DNA of 62,271 nucleotides from a virus (taxonomy: Duplodnaviria > Caudoviricetes). Below the pieces are notes generated by a model, which was given only the letters and a program-made list of their open reading frames with translations, did no database searches and was not told the origin of the DNA. Shown piece after piece: positions 1-9,848 of the stretch. The position numbers were made by a program, and so were the translations under genes. Each line of letters opens with the position of its first letter. The first letter of the stretch is position 1. The stretch is from positions 1 through 62,271 of the IMG/VR virus record IMGVR_UViG_3300032307_000095, one strand, 5' to 3'.

Positions 1-123
1 ACGGGACGCAGGCAGAAGCGACATTGAGGAGTTCTTTGCGCTTGAGAAGCTCAAGAAGCAGGAGAACGAGCTGCGGGAGATGATGATCTACCAAGGCCGA
101 GCAGGTATGTGGACAGACTGGCT
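1..123. repeat. Terminal overlap, left copy (circular assembly)
   Basis: 1-123 is identical to 62149-62271 and falls inside a CDS that reads through the junction. Confidence 0.97.
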
Positions 124-304
124 TCAATTCCAAAAGGAAGCCAAGCAAAAGCGGGATGCTGAAGAACGAGCAGAGTTACGCCGAGCAGCCGCACGAAGGG
201 CGAAGTTCTGGATGCTTGCTATGTGGACTGCCATCGGTGTACTGTTTACCGCAATGATGGCCGTCGGCATTTGGGTCGTCGAGCAAATCAAAGGTCATAA
301 GTGA
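1..304 (+). CDS. 3' part of a membrane-anchored protein spanning the circular junction (starts at 62000)
   Basis: The frame from ATG 62000 (MLVELAAANAAF...) continues into ...REMMIYQGRAG...GHK*. C-terminal hydrophobic TM segment; lies next to lysis genes. Confidence 0.8.
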   Translation, partial: RDAGRSDIEEFFALEKLKKQENELREMMIYQGRAGMWTDWLQFQKEAKQKRDAEERAELRRAAARRAKFWMLAMWTAIGVLFTAMMAVGIWVVEQIKGHK

Positions 305-315
305 AAGGAATGTAA

Positions 316-819
316 ATGTTGTCTCTTATCTCAACCCTCGGAGGTCTGCTGATCTCCGGCCTGCCCAAGCTGCTGGAGTATTTCCAGAACAAGGCCGACC
401 AAAAGCACGAGCTGGCGCTGGCCCGAGTCCAGACCGAGCGGGAGCTGCAACTGGCCGCTGCTGGTTTTGCTGCACAAGCCCGTGTCGAAGAGATTCGCAC
501 CGAACAAGTGGCGATGGAGACCGAAGCCCGGATGACCGAGGCAGCTCTGGCCCACGACGCCAAGGTGCTTGAAAAAGCCTCCACATGGGTGTCCAGCTAC
601 GTGGGCACTGTTCGCCCCACGGTGACCTACATCTTCGTGCTGGAGTTGGTCTGCATCAACGCTTTCATGGCTTGGTATCTGTACCAGCAACCGGGCTTGA
701 TCAACAACATTGACGACGTGGTGCGCTATGCCGACCTGATCTTCTCCAGCGACGAGATGGCAATGCTCGGGGGCGTGATTGGCTACTGGTTTGGGTCAAG
801 AGGGTGGGCTAGAAAATGA
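316..819 (+). CDS. Holin-like membrane protein (3TM holin-like)
   Basis: Hydrophobic segments, VRPTVTY and YWFGSR motifs, located upstream of the endolysin. Confidence 0.65.
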   Translation: MLSLISTLGGLLISGLPKLLEYFQNKADQKHELALARVQTERELQLAAAGFAAQARVEEIRTEQVAMETEARMTEAALAHDAKVLEKASTWVSSYVGTVRPTVTYIFVLELVCINAFMAWYLYQQPGLINNIDDVVRYADLIFSSDEMAMLGGVIGYWFGSRGWARK

Positions 820-1517
820 TTGGGGTCTACGCGATTGTCAACGTTGCAGCCCACAAGGCCTATGTTGGCAGCAGCAAGAACGTAAAGAAACGCTTTTTAT
901 GCCACGCATCTTTTTTGAAGCGCGGCAAGCACCACTGCCCACATCTTCAAAGTTCTTTTAGCCTGCACGGAGAAAAAAAGTTTCAGTTTCGTGTTCTTGC
1001 GGAATGCGCAACACGCGAAGAGGCGCAGGCACTTGAGCAGGCCATGCTTGATATTTGGCATGATGACTTCTACAACGCATCAAAAAGAGCAGATCATCTC
1101 CATCGGCTTGGTAGGCCGCTTGATCAGACCACAAAACAAAAGATTGGCATCAAGAACTCGGGCGCATTTAGATCGCCAGAGCAACGAAAGCTAATTTCAG
1201 AATCTTTGAAAAAACGTTATCAAGAGGGTATGCAAAGCCCGCAACTTGGACGAAAACATACCAACGAAGCAAAGGCCAAGATCAAAGCAAAACGTGCCAT
1301 CCAAGCTCCCACAAACCTTGGAAACGTGGCGTCTCAGGAAACCCGTCTAAAGCAGTCTTTGGCAAAAAAGGGCAATCGTTGCCGCGCAAAAACGGTATGC
1401 ACGGATACGGCGTGCTTTTTTGGACTTGATGTTGCAGCCCAGCACTACCAAGTATCAACACCCACTTTCCGCAGAATGATGCAACGGAACGGTTGGAGCT
1501 TTTATGAAAACCTCTGA
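816..1517 (+). CDS. Free-standing GIY-YIG homing endonuclease with NUMOD3-like repeats
   Basis: GVY-AYVG-S..R motif and E/N catalytic pattern (LEQ...FYN); basic repeats such as GRKHTNEAKAKI; AT-richer than its flanks. Confidence 0.88.
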   Translation: MIGVYAIVNVAAHKAYVGSSKNVKKRFLCHASFLKRGKHHCPHLQSSFSLHGEKKFQFRVLAECATREEAQALEQAMLDIWHDDFYNASKRADHLHRLGRPLDQTTKQKIGIKNSGAFRSPEQRKLISESLKKRYQEGMQSPQLGRKHTNEAKAKIKAKRAIQAPTNLGNVASQETRLKQSLAKKGNRCRAKTVCTDTACFFGLDVAAQHYQVSTPTFRRMMQRNGWSFYENL

Positions 1518-2010
1518 TGCTGGCTTGCATTTGATGCACAAGTTTGAAGGTTTTCGCAACCGGCCTTATTTGTGCCCGGCGCACATTTGGACTTGTGGAT
1601 GGGGAACCGTCTTATACCAAGATCAGATCAGGCTGCCAATGGTGCGCGTCGAAGGCAAGGACGTGCCTATGATTCGAAAAGAATACCCGCTACGCCCGGA
1701 GGATAACCGTGTCTGGTCCAAAGAAGAATTGGCTGAGATGTTCAAGGCTGACCTCGCAACTTTTGAGCGTGCTGTTTTACGACTTGTTCCCGGCGTTTCT
1801 GGGTATCAAGGCCGCTTTGACGCTCTGGTATGTCTGGCCTATAACATAGGCAGCGGCAACCTCCAACGCAGCACGATCCGCATGAGAGCCAACCGGGGCG
1901 ACTGGGAGGGTGCAGCCGACGCATTCCGGGCTTGGACCAAGGGCGGGGGTAAAGTCCTGCCGGGACTCGTCAAGCGCCGGGAAGCCGAGATTGCGCTGTT
2001 CCTAAGTTAA
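1504..2010 (+). CDS. Endolysin, GH24 / T4-lysozyme-like muramidase
   Basis: E-x8-C-x5-T triad (FEGFRNRPYLCPAHIWT), FDALVCLAYNIG, C-terminal GLVKRREAE. Confidence 0.93.
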   Translation: MKTSDAGLHLMHKFEGFRNRPYLCPAHIWTCGWGTVLYQDQIRLPMVRVEGKDVPMIRKEYPLRPEDNRVWSKEELAEMFKADLATFERAVLRLVPGVSGYQGRFDALVCLAYNIGSGNLQRSTIRMRANRGDWEGAADAFRAWTKGGGKVLPGLVKRREAEIALFLS

Positions 2011-2041
2011 GTGCGAAAATGTCGCAAAACTGAGGTAAACC

Positions 2042-3949
2042 ATGCCCCTGAAGTCCATACTGTTCCGACCCGGCGTAAATCGGGAAAACACCCGCTACGC
2101 CTCTGAGGCAATCGGTGCGGTGACTGCGTCCACGCAAGTTGCTGGGGGTTGGTACGAATCCGAGAAGGTGCGTTTTCGCGCAGGTACGCCAGAAAAGATT
2201 GGTGGGTGGCAGCGCATTTCGGCAAACACGTTCCTTGGTGTGTGCCGCTCTCTGTGGAACTGGGTGACTCTTGGTGTACTGAACCTTGTTGGCGTCGGTA
2301 CAAACCTGAAGTTTTACATCGAGCGCGGCGGTGCGTATTACGACATCACCCCAATACGAGATACAGCCACCCTGACCAACCCGTTTACTGCAACCAACGG
2401 CTCCCCAATTATCACTGTCGCAGATACGTCGCATGGCTGTGTAACCGGGGATTTTGTGACGTTCAGCGGCTCTACGGGCTTGGGCGGCAACATCACGGCG
2501 GACGTGCTCAACCGAGAGTTTCAAATCACATTGGTAAGCGGCAATGCTTACACAATCAATGTTGGCGTTAATGCTAACGCCACGGATGTATCGGGCTCTC
2601 CCGGTGGCGGCACGGTAACAGCCGCGTATCAAATTAATGTCGGCCCTGAGTTTCAGATTCCAACTACCGGTTGGGGTTCGGGCACTTGGAGCACGGGCAC
2701 TTGGGGTACTGGTGGAACCTCCCAAGCCCCCTTGCGTCTTTGGAGTCAGATTAACTTTGGCGAAGATTTGGTTTTTGCGCCTCGTGACGGCCCAATTTAC
2801 TACTGGGATGCCACCGACGGGATTGAAACCCGTGGGGTTCTGCTGTCCTCTTTGGACGATGCGTCGGATGTGCCGACCGTGCAGAAGTTCATCTTTGTGT
2901 CAGACATCAGCCGATTTGTGTTTGCGTTTGGGTGTAACGAGATCGGCAGTGCGGTTCAAAACCCCATGCTGATTCGCTGGTCTGACCAAGAGTCCGCCGA
3001 AGTTTGGACGCCATCCCCTACGGGTCAGGCTGGAAGCATTCAGTTGTCTGATGGCTCTGAGTTGGTAACCTGCTTGCAAACCCGGCAGGAAATCGTGGTG
3101 TGGACGGACTCAGCCATTTACTCAATCCAGTACGTGGGTGTGCCTGCGGTTTGGAGCACTCAGCTTTTAGCAAGCAACATTTCAATCTATGGGCCAAACG
3201 CAAAAGCCGTGGCCTCTGGCGTTATTTACTGGATGGGTGTGGACAAGTTCTACAAGTACGATGGTCGCACTCAAACCCTGCGCTGCGATCTACGGCAGTA
3301 CATCTTCAGTGACATTAACCAGTCCCAAAACCAGCAAGTGTTTGCCAGCACGAACGAGGGCTTCAATGAGGTCTGGTGGTTCTACTGCTCCTCTGGAAGC
3401 ACTGTGGTGGACAAGTATGTGGTGTACAACTACGCGGAGGACATTTGGTACTACGGCACGATGGGCCGTACGGCGTGGCTGGACTCTGGACTGCGCGACT
3501 ATCCACTGGCCGCAACGTACAGCCGCAATCTGGTGAACCACGAACAAGGCGTGGATGACAATGAAACAGCTACTCCTTTGCCTATTGCGGCGTCAATTGG
3601 CTCGTCTGAGTTTGATATTGATGACGGGCACAACTTTGGCTTTATTTGGCGCGTACTGCCGGACTTGACATTCCGGGGGTCTACGGGAAACCTGACACCG
3701 CAGTGCACTATGACACTGATCCCTTTGCGCAACTCTGGCTCGGGGTTTACAACTCCAGCCTCTACAAACGGCACCAGCTCTGCGGAAATTCAACGCATCG
3801 CTACAGCTCCAATTGAGGAGTTTACGGGTCAGGTTTACATTCGTGTGCGCGGCAGGCAGCTCATCTTTAAGGTGGACTCCAACCGATTGGGTACTGCATG
3901 GCAGCTTGGTGCGCCTCGGATCGACATCAAATCTGACGGACGCAGATGA
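2042..3949 (+). CDS. Tail hub/nozzle (P22 gp10-like stabilisation protein)
   Basis: 635 aa, beta-rich, IRWSDQE motif, immediately precedes the ejection-type genes. Confidence 0.65.
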   Translation: MPLKSILFRPGVNRENTRYASEAIGAVTASTQVAGGWYESEKVRFRAGTPEKIGGWQRISANTFLGVCRSLWNWVTLGVLNLVGVGTNLKFYIERGGAYYDITPIRDTATLTNPFTATNGSPIITVADTSHGCVTGDFVTFSGSTGLGGNITADVLNREFQITLVSGNAYTINVGVNANATDVSGSPGGGTVTAAYQINVGPEFQIPTTGWGSGTWSTGTWGTGGTSQAPLRLWSQINFGEDLVFAPRDGPIYYWDATDGIETRGVLLSSLDDASDVPTVQKFIFVSDISRFVFAFGCNEIGSAVQNPMLIRWSDQESAEVWTPSPTGQAGSIQLSDGSELVTCLQTRQEIVVWTDSAIYSIQYVGVPAVWSTQLLASNISIYGPNAKAVASGVIYWMGVDKFYKYDGRTQTLRCDLRQYIFSDINQSQNQQVFASTNEGFNEVWWFYCSSGSTVVDKYVVYNYAEDIWYYGTMGRTAWLDSGLRDYPLAATYSRNLVNHEQGVDDNETATPLPIAASIGSSEFDIDDGHNFGFIWRVLPDLTFRGSTGNLTPQCTMTLIPLRNSGSGFTTPASTNGTSSAEIQRIATAPIEEFTGQVYIRVRGRQLIFKVDSNRLGTAWQLGAPRIDIKSDGRR

Positions 3950-4590
3950 CACAACTTCAGCAAACAGCAGTACCGAACCTGCCGCTGTCGCCGGAACAGT
4001 TTGGGCGGTCCTATCAGGATCAGCTCAATAACATTCTGCGCCTGTATTTCAACCTGCTCAATGGCAATGTCAACAGCCTGATTGGCCCCAATGGTGGTCA
4101 GTATGTAGACTGCCCGAACGGTTTATTTTTCAGCACCACAGATCAGCCGATTGTTTCTGCGAACGTGGCTCAGCCAATCGACTTCCCGCTGGAGTATCTA
4201 AACAACGCCGTGTATGTAAACGCAGGGACGGAAAGCCGCATATATGTAGATATTCCCGGTGTGTACAACTTTCAGTTCTCCGGGCAGCTTCGCAGCGGGT
4301 CGAGCAGCGCAAAGCAGGTCTACATTTGGATCAGACGCAATACGACCGACATCGGCTACTCCACCCACCAGTACACGCTGTCCGGCAGCAATACGCACCT
4401 GAACATCTCTTGGAACTTCAATATCGACCTTGATGAAGGCGAGTACATCGAGATGCGCTGGACCGCTGATGACACCAATGTTGTCTTGGAAGCTACGGCT
4501 CCAACAGCACCGCATCCGGGTATGCCGTCGGCGGTCATAGCTGTAAACTTCGTTGCGCCGCTGCCAGTTCCACGGCCCACCCCACCGTAA
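3946..4590 (+). CDS. Virion structural protein (beta-sandwich C-terminal domain)
   Basis: ATGA overlap with the upstream gene; GVYNFQFSGQL beta pattern. Confidence 0.55.
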   Translation: MTQLQQTAVPNLPLSPEQFGRSYQDQLNNILRLYFNLLNGNVNSLIGPNGGQYVDCPNGLFFSTTDQPIVSANVAQPIDFPLEYLNNAVYVNAGTESRIYVDIPGVYNFQFSGQLRSGSSSAKQVYIWIRRNTTDIGYSTHQYTLSGSNTHLNISWNFNIDLDEGEYIEMRWTADDTNVVLEATAPTAPHPGMPSAVIAVNFVAPLPVPRPTPP

Positions 4591-4599
4591 GGACAAGAA

Positions 4600-7407
4600 A
4601 TGTCTACAAGATTTACAGATGCACAGGTTGCGTCGTACATTCAAAACAACGCACTAAGCGGCTCAGGACTTCAAGCTGCCGCGCAAGCCTTTCAGCTCGA
4701 CCCAGCGCAAGTGGCAAGGGCGCAGAGTCTTCTTTCCTCTGGTGACGCTTCTGTCGCAGCCGCAAGCAACGCATACAACCAGCAAGTGGCTGGTCGCCCA
4801 GACTTGGTTGCACAAAATCTGGCAACGTATAACCCAGCTACAGGCACTGGAAGCATTGTCCAGCCGGTAGCGGCAACAGCGGCTCCTGTTGTGACAACCG
4901 CTGCAGCAAACAATACCGCCAAAACGACGACCGCTCCCAGCCTTATTGGAGATGTTGCAAGCGCAGCAAACGTGCATTTGGCAAGGCCCAACATCAAAGA
5001 GTTCATGGATGCAACGGGCGCTGACTTCACCACTGCCTCAAACACCATATACGGAAACATTGGTGCAAACCTTGATACGCGCAATTGGAGTGCCATCATG
5101 GCATCCAGCAACCCTGCTGAAGCAGCAAGGCAAGCAACCATACAAATGTATTCTGATCCAAACTATCGGGAGGCGAATACTCGGCACGTTGTTGCTCAGG
5201 GCTATACCCCGGAAGGAGCTGCGAGCACCTACAGTCAAGTTTTGGATAGGGTTAAAGCGCCTATAACCTCAGGCACTGGCGTAGCGTCACTTGGTCAGAA
5301 CGTTAATACGGGTAGCGGAACGACTGGAGTAGCTAAAGATGGTGGTTACACGGGTGGTGCCACGCCAGTGGGGATGGGCATAGCTGCGAGTGAGCCACTG
5401 TACAAAAGCCTCACAGCAAATAGCACGTCAGACGACATTGCTCGGGCCTACTACCAATTAACAAGCGGCGCTGGTGGGGATACTCAAGCAAACCAGCAAG
5501 AAGCCGTTGCGTATCTCAAGAAATTGGGTATTTCTGACCCGATGATCGAGAGCGGCTACAAAGACTACAGAGAAATGGCTGGACTGAAGTCCAGCTTTGG
5601 GTTGACCGATGCTGCAGCCGCCCCCACCACGGAGGGCATTCTGTCTGGGTTCAAGTACGCAAACGAAAATGGTCTTGACGAAAACACCATGAAGCAGGTG
5701 TTGGGCAATGACGCTTTCAACACGTACAAGACTGGGTTTGCCGACTACGCCAAAACCGGGATTGCTAACATCCTTGCCGACAAGCAACTGTCCTTTGATG
5801 AGGCGCGTACTGCGGTTAAGTTCGGTCGTGACTACGGCTACGATGCGCAGAAGCTGGCTGACCTGACGGGCACAGACAAAAAGGTGTTCGACGCCATATT
5901 CAAAAACTACGACGACAGAACAAACCAAATCGTTGATAGCGTGCTTGGGGCTGAAGACGTCAAGACTCAAGACGATCAAGTTGTCCGAGCTTTGGCTCTG
6001 CAGCAAAAGTTTGGCTTTACCGATGAAGACTTGGCAAAAGCTACCGACCTTTCTGTGGATCAAGTAAAAGGGTTCTTGAACCCAGTCAGAAACTTTGAAA
6101 CCGAGTTCCGCAAAGTCCTGACCAACACTGACGCTACAACAGCAGACATCAAAAAGTTTGCCGAGGATGCCCGGTCTAACGGTGCAGTATCTCAGTTGTA
6201 TAGCAAGGGTCTTAATGACTTGGATACAAAAATCACGGAGCTGGAAGACAGGTGGAAGGACTACGGCGGGGTAGACCCATTTCAAGCTCAGCGCGTCTAT
6301 GACCAGCTTGATGCGCAGCGCAAAGCGATTAATAACCCAAACCTGTTCCGTGGCTCATTCGCCGACCCCATGAAAACAGCCGCCACTCTGGCTAAGCTGG
6401 GCATCGACACGCTTGCAGACATCGGCCAGAAGGAAAAGTTTGAGGCTGTACCTGCGGAGAAGCGCCACTTTGCGCCAGATGGCACACCCGTACAGGACTT
6501 TGGCAACGGCACGTTTGGAGTTGCGGACGGCGAGGGCGGCTACTCGTCTGTAGTGCCCAAGAACCAAGTCAAAACTGTGTATGGCCGCACCGAGTCCACT
6601 CTCAATCCTGATGGTGAGACTTCTACCAGCACATTCGTTGAGATACCCGAAAGCGAAATAGACAAGGACGGCAACTACCAGCAAAAGATTGGCACTGTTG
6701 CCATCGACAAAGACACGGGCAAAGAGATTGCTGGCGTAGACGGAACCATCGACGCAGAAAAAAGCGGCAGGTGGAACAACAGAAAGCGCAACGAGCTGAA
6801 CGTCGGGTTTACCAAAGAAGGTGTTCCCGTTCTGTATTCGACGCAGGAAAAGACAGGCTTCGGCGCACTCGTGCAAGACCTCGCACCGATCATTTCTATG
6901 GCGCTGCCGTTTGTGCTGCCCGGCGTGGGCGCTGCATTGAGTAGTGGGCTGGCAAGCGCTGGCGGGTCCGCTCTGGCTACGGGTTCTCTGGCAAACGCAG
7001 CGCTGACTCAGGGTATTTTGAGTGGCGGCATGACCGCGCTTGGCGGCGGTCAGTTTGAAAAGGGCTTCCTCGGTGGTGCTGTGTCTCCCTTTGTGAGCTC
7101 AGGCATCTCAAACCTCCTGCCGACTGGTATGAACCCAGACTTGGCTAAAGCTATCACAGGGGCTGGAACCGGGGCGGTGAGGGGTGCGCTCCAAGGTAAT
7201 GCCAACTTTGGGGATTTACTCCAGACCGGCATTCTGGAGGGCGTCTCAAATTACGGTCTAAACACAGCTTTGGGTAGTTCCGGTTTGACCCCACAACAGT
7301 TAAACTTTGCCACAGGGATTGCGGTGCCGCTGCTCCAAGGCGAGAAAGTCAACCCAATCAAGGTGTTTGGTACGGCAGCAAACTACCTCTCATCGCAACC
7401 GAGATAA
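4600..7407 (+). CDS. Putative internal virion/ejection protein
   Basis: 935 aa, A/G/T-rich, Gly-rich hydrophobic C-terminus, position after the tail hub. Confidence 0.6.
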   Translation: MSTRFTDAQVASYIQNNALSGSGLQAAAQAFQLDPAQVARAQSLLSSGDASVAAASNAYNQQVAGRPDLVAQNLATYNPATGTGSIVQPVAATAAPVVTTAAANNTAKTTTAPSLIGDVASAANVHLARPNIKEFMDATGADFTTASNTIYGNIGANLDTRNWSAIMASSNPAEAARQATIQMYSDPNYREANTRHVVAQGYTPEGAASTYSQVLDRVKAPITSGTGVASLGQNVNTGSGTTGVAKDGGYTGGATPVGMGIAASEPLYKSLTANSTSDDIARAYYQLTSGAGGDTQANQQEAVAYLKKLGISDPMIESGYKDYREMAGLKSSFGLTDAAAAPTTEGILSGFKYANENGLDENTMKQVLGNDAFNTYKTGFADYAKTGIANILADKQLSFDEARTAVKFGRDYGYDAQKLADLTGTDKKVFDAIFKNYDDRTNQIVDSVLGAEDVKTQDDQVVRALALQQKFGFTDEDLAKATDLSVDQVKGFLNPVRNFETEFRKVLTNTDATTADIKKFAEDARSNGAVSQLYSKGLNDLDTKITELEDRWKDYGGVDPFQAQRVYDQLDAQRKAINNPNLFRGSFADPMKTAATLAKLGIDTLADIGQKEKFEAVPAEKRHFAPDGTPVQDFGNGTFGVADGEGGYSSVVPKNQVKTVYGRTESTLNPDGETSTSTFVEIPESEIDKDGNYQQKIGTVAIDKDTGKEIAGVDGTIDAEKSGRWNNRKRNELNVGFTKEGVPVLYSTQEKTGFGALVQDLAPIISMALPFVLPGVGAALSSGLASAGGSALATGSLANAALTQGILSGGMTALGGGQFEKGFLGGAVSPFVSSGISNLLPTGMNPDLAKAITGAGTGAVRGALQGNANFGDLLQTGILEGVSNYGLNTALGSSGLTPQQLNFATGIAVPLLQGEKVNPIKVFGTAANYLSSQPR

Positions 7408-7418
7408 GGAAAAACACC

Positions 7419-8933
7419 ATGAGCGATTACGCTTTCAGCTATGACGACCTCGACAGCATGATCGACTCGGCGTCGAGCGATTTTGATTTCAGCAACTACT
7501 TCACTGACGGTGGCGAAAACTTTGATTTCGGTACGCTCGACTCAAACGCTTTTAGCTTTGATGACCTCGACTCGATGCTGGCTGATTTTTCCAACGTTGA
7601 TTTTGGCAGTAACTTCGACCTTGGTTCGTTTGAAGACTTGGCTGCGGTTGAGGGCTTGGACCTTGGTTCTGCTTTGGGTGGTGGCGACACTGGCCTTTCC
7701 AGAAGCCTGAGCAACATCGATCTCTCCAGCGGAATGGACCTTGGTGGTCTTGGCCTCACACCCACTGGTCGTGGGCAGATGTCTATCCGGGACCCCGAAA
7801 CCGGTGCAACCGGCCTGACTGCAGAAGGCTTCACGAGCCTTAAAGACTTGCTTGGCTCAGGCACGGCAGAAGAGATTGCACGCTACACACCCGGAACCGC
7901 AGACTACTCCATTCGTTCGGGCCTTGAGACCGCTGACGGTCAGGGCTTGTCTACGGACGCCACTCGCGGCATGGGGCTTGACTTTATGGGCGGCGGTCAA
8001 GGCATCTCCAAGTACATACCTGCCGAGTACGGTAGCAGCGTGCTGGAAGACTTGATTAGAAACAATCCGGGTAAATTTGACTCAATCGAAGACTACGTCA
8101 ACAACACTATTTTTGGCGACAGAGGTTTGACCCCATTCAGAGGTACAGGGGGTACGTTGTCTCAGACTGGATTCCTGTCGCAGAGCAGTGCTCAGAATCC
8201 CTTGGGCGCAAAGTATTCACTCGGCGATCCAAAGTCGCTCATCAATCGCCCATCTATTACAGGGCAGCAGGCCACAGTGTCTCCCGACCGCACTGTGATT
8301 AACAATGGTGACGGCACGTACAAAGTTGTAACTGTCGGTGATGACGGCAAAGTAATCACGAAAACTATCGACAACACCAAAACAATCGATAACACCAAAA
8401 CAACCACCACGCCCGGCGGCAGAACAAACACTCAGCAAGGCGGTTTGGGTGCGCTGCTCCCTCTGTTGCTGGCCCTGCTGGCGATGAATCGAGGTGGTGG
8501 CAGCGGCGAGAGCAAAGGCACGGTTATTCCCGGTCTGACAGCTACGCAAAGACAGACTCCCTACGCCCAGCAGCAACGCGCTCCGGGCTACCGTCCGGGC
8601 CAAGGCGGGGTCACTTACTTCGACCAGACCCAATACGCCCCAAGGATGGCTGCTGGTGGTGGGATTGCTCGACTGCTTGACGGTCCCGGCGACGGTGTAT
8701 CTGACAGCATCCCTGCGGTAATCGACGATGAAGGTATGGCCGGTGGCGGTCAGCCCGCCAAGCTCGCTCGTGGGGAGTATGTGATTGACGCACGCACTGT
8801 TGCCGCTCTGGGCAACGGATCGACTGACGCAGGAGCCGAAAGACTCGATAAAATGCGCAAAGACATCCTGCGTGACGACAGAAAAGCTGGGGTCGGCAAA
8901 GACTCTAAAGCCTACCGCCACCTGCTGGCATAA
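7419..8933 (+). CDS. Putative internal virion protein with acidic N-terminus, one TM segment and a C-terminal GPGDGVSDSIPA...GEYVI domain
   Basis: RBS AAGGA; D/F-rich first ~75 aa; LLPLLLALLAM; MAAGG motif. Confidence 0.65.
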   Translation: MSDYAFSYDDLDSMIDSASSDFDFSNYFTDGGENFDFGTLDSNAFSFDDLDSMLADFSNVDFGSNFDLGSFEDLAAVEGLDLGSALGGGDTGLSRSLSNIDLSSGMDLGGLGLTPTGRGQMSIRDPETGATGLTAEGFTSLKDLLGSGTAEEIARYTPGTADYSIRSGLETADGQGLSTDATRGMGLDFMGGGQGISKYIPAEYGSSVLEDLIRNNPGKFDSIEDYVNNTIFGDRGLTPFRGTGGTLSQTGFLSQSSAQNPLGAKYSLGDPKSLINRPSITGQQATVSPDRTVINNGDGTYKVVTVGDDGKVITKTIDNTKTIDNTKTTTTPGGRTNTQQGGLGALLPLLLALLAMNRGGGSGESKGTVIPGLTATQRQTPYAQQQRAPGYRPGQGGVTYFDQTQYAPRMAAGGGIARLLDGPGDGVSDSIPAVIDDEGMAGGGQPAKLARGEYVIDARTVAALGNGSTDAGAERLDKMRKDILRDDRKAGVGKDSKAYRHLLA

Positions 8934-8942
8934 GGAAACAAA

Positions 8943-9848
8943 ATGGCAACCACTGGAACTACAGGTACTGCGGGCTCTGCGCTCGGCACAACAGGCGGCA
9001 CGTCGATGGCAGGTTTGGCCGACTGGGCCTCGCCTTACATCACAAACTACCTCGGTCAAGCCCAAGCTCTGGGCAGCACCCCATACCAGACCTATCAGGG
9101 TCCGCTGACTGCAGGTACTTCTGGCCTGCAAACTCAGGCGTTCCAAGGTATCGGCGGTCTGACTGTACCAAACCAAGGCCAGTACACCCCGGTCGGAGGT
9201 ACGTTCGACTCCACGCAGGCTCAGGCGTACATGAACCCGTACCTGCAAAAAGCGCTCGACCCGCAGTTGGCAGAACTCAAGCGCCAGTCTGACATCGCCC
9301 GTCTGGATGATGCTGCACGCCTAACCCGTGCCGGTGCGTTTGGTGGTAGCCGTCAGGCCATCATGGAGTCCGAAGCTCGCCGCAACCTGCTGGACAAGCA
9401 GTCCAACGTTCTGGGTCAAGGCTACGCCTCTGCCTACGACAAGGCGATGCAGCAGTTTAATGCCGACCAGCAGCGCAAGGTTCAAGAAGCTCAGTTCGGT
9501 GCGGACTTTGGCCTCAAGGGTCTGGGCGCTGAGCGCGACATTTTGAACCAGCAGCTTACTGCGGGTGGAGTCCAGCGCGGCATTACGTCAGAAGGCATCG
9601 CAGCAGACTTGGGCGAGTTCAACGCTCAGCGCGAGTTCCCCTACAAACAGATTCAGTTCCAACGCGACATGATCTCTGGCTTGCCGACTGGCTCGGTAAC
9701 CAACACCCCTGCGCAGCTTTCCGGCATCGCTCAGTTGATCTCCTCTGTTGGAGGTATTGACAAGCTGCTGCAGCAAACAGGTCAGGGTGACCTCGGAACC
9801 ATGCTGAGAAATTTGGGGCTTAACTTTGGTGGCGGAGAAGCTGTATGA
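8943..9848 (+). CDS. DNA ejection/pilot-like protein
   Basis: Q/A/G-rich; YMNPY and AGAFGGSRQA motifs typical of podovirus ejection proteins. Confidence 0.65.
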   Translation: MATTGTTGTAGSALGTTGGTSMAGLADWASPYITNYLGQAQALGSTPYQTYQGPLTAGTSGLQTQAFQGIGGLTVPNQGQYTPVGGTFDSTQAQAYMNPYLQKALDPQLAELKRQSDIARLDDAARLTRAGAFGGSRQAIMESEARRNLLDKQSNVLGQGYASAYDKAMQQFNADQQRKVQEAQFGADFGLKGLGAERDILNQQLTAGGVQRGITSEGIAADLGEFNAQREFPYKQIQFQRDMISGLPTGSVTNTPAQLSGIAQLISSVGGIDKLLQQTGQGDLGTMLRNLGLNFGGGEAV

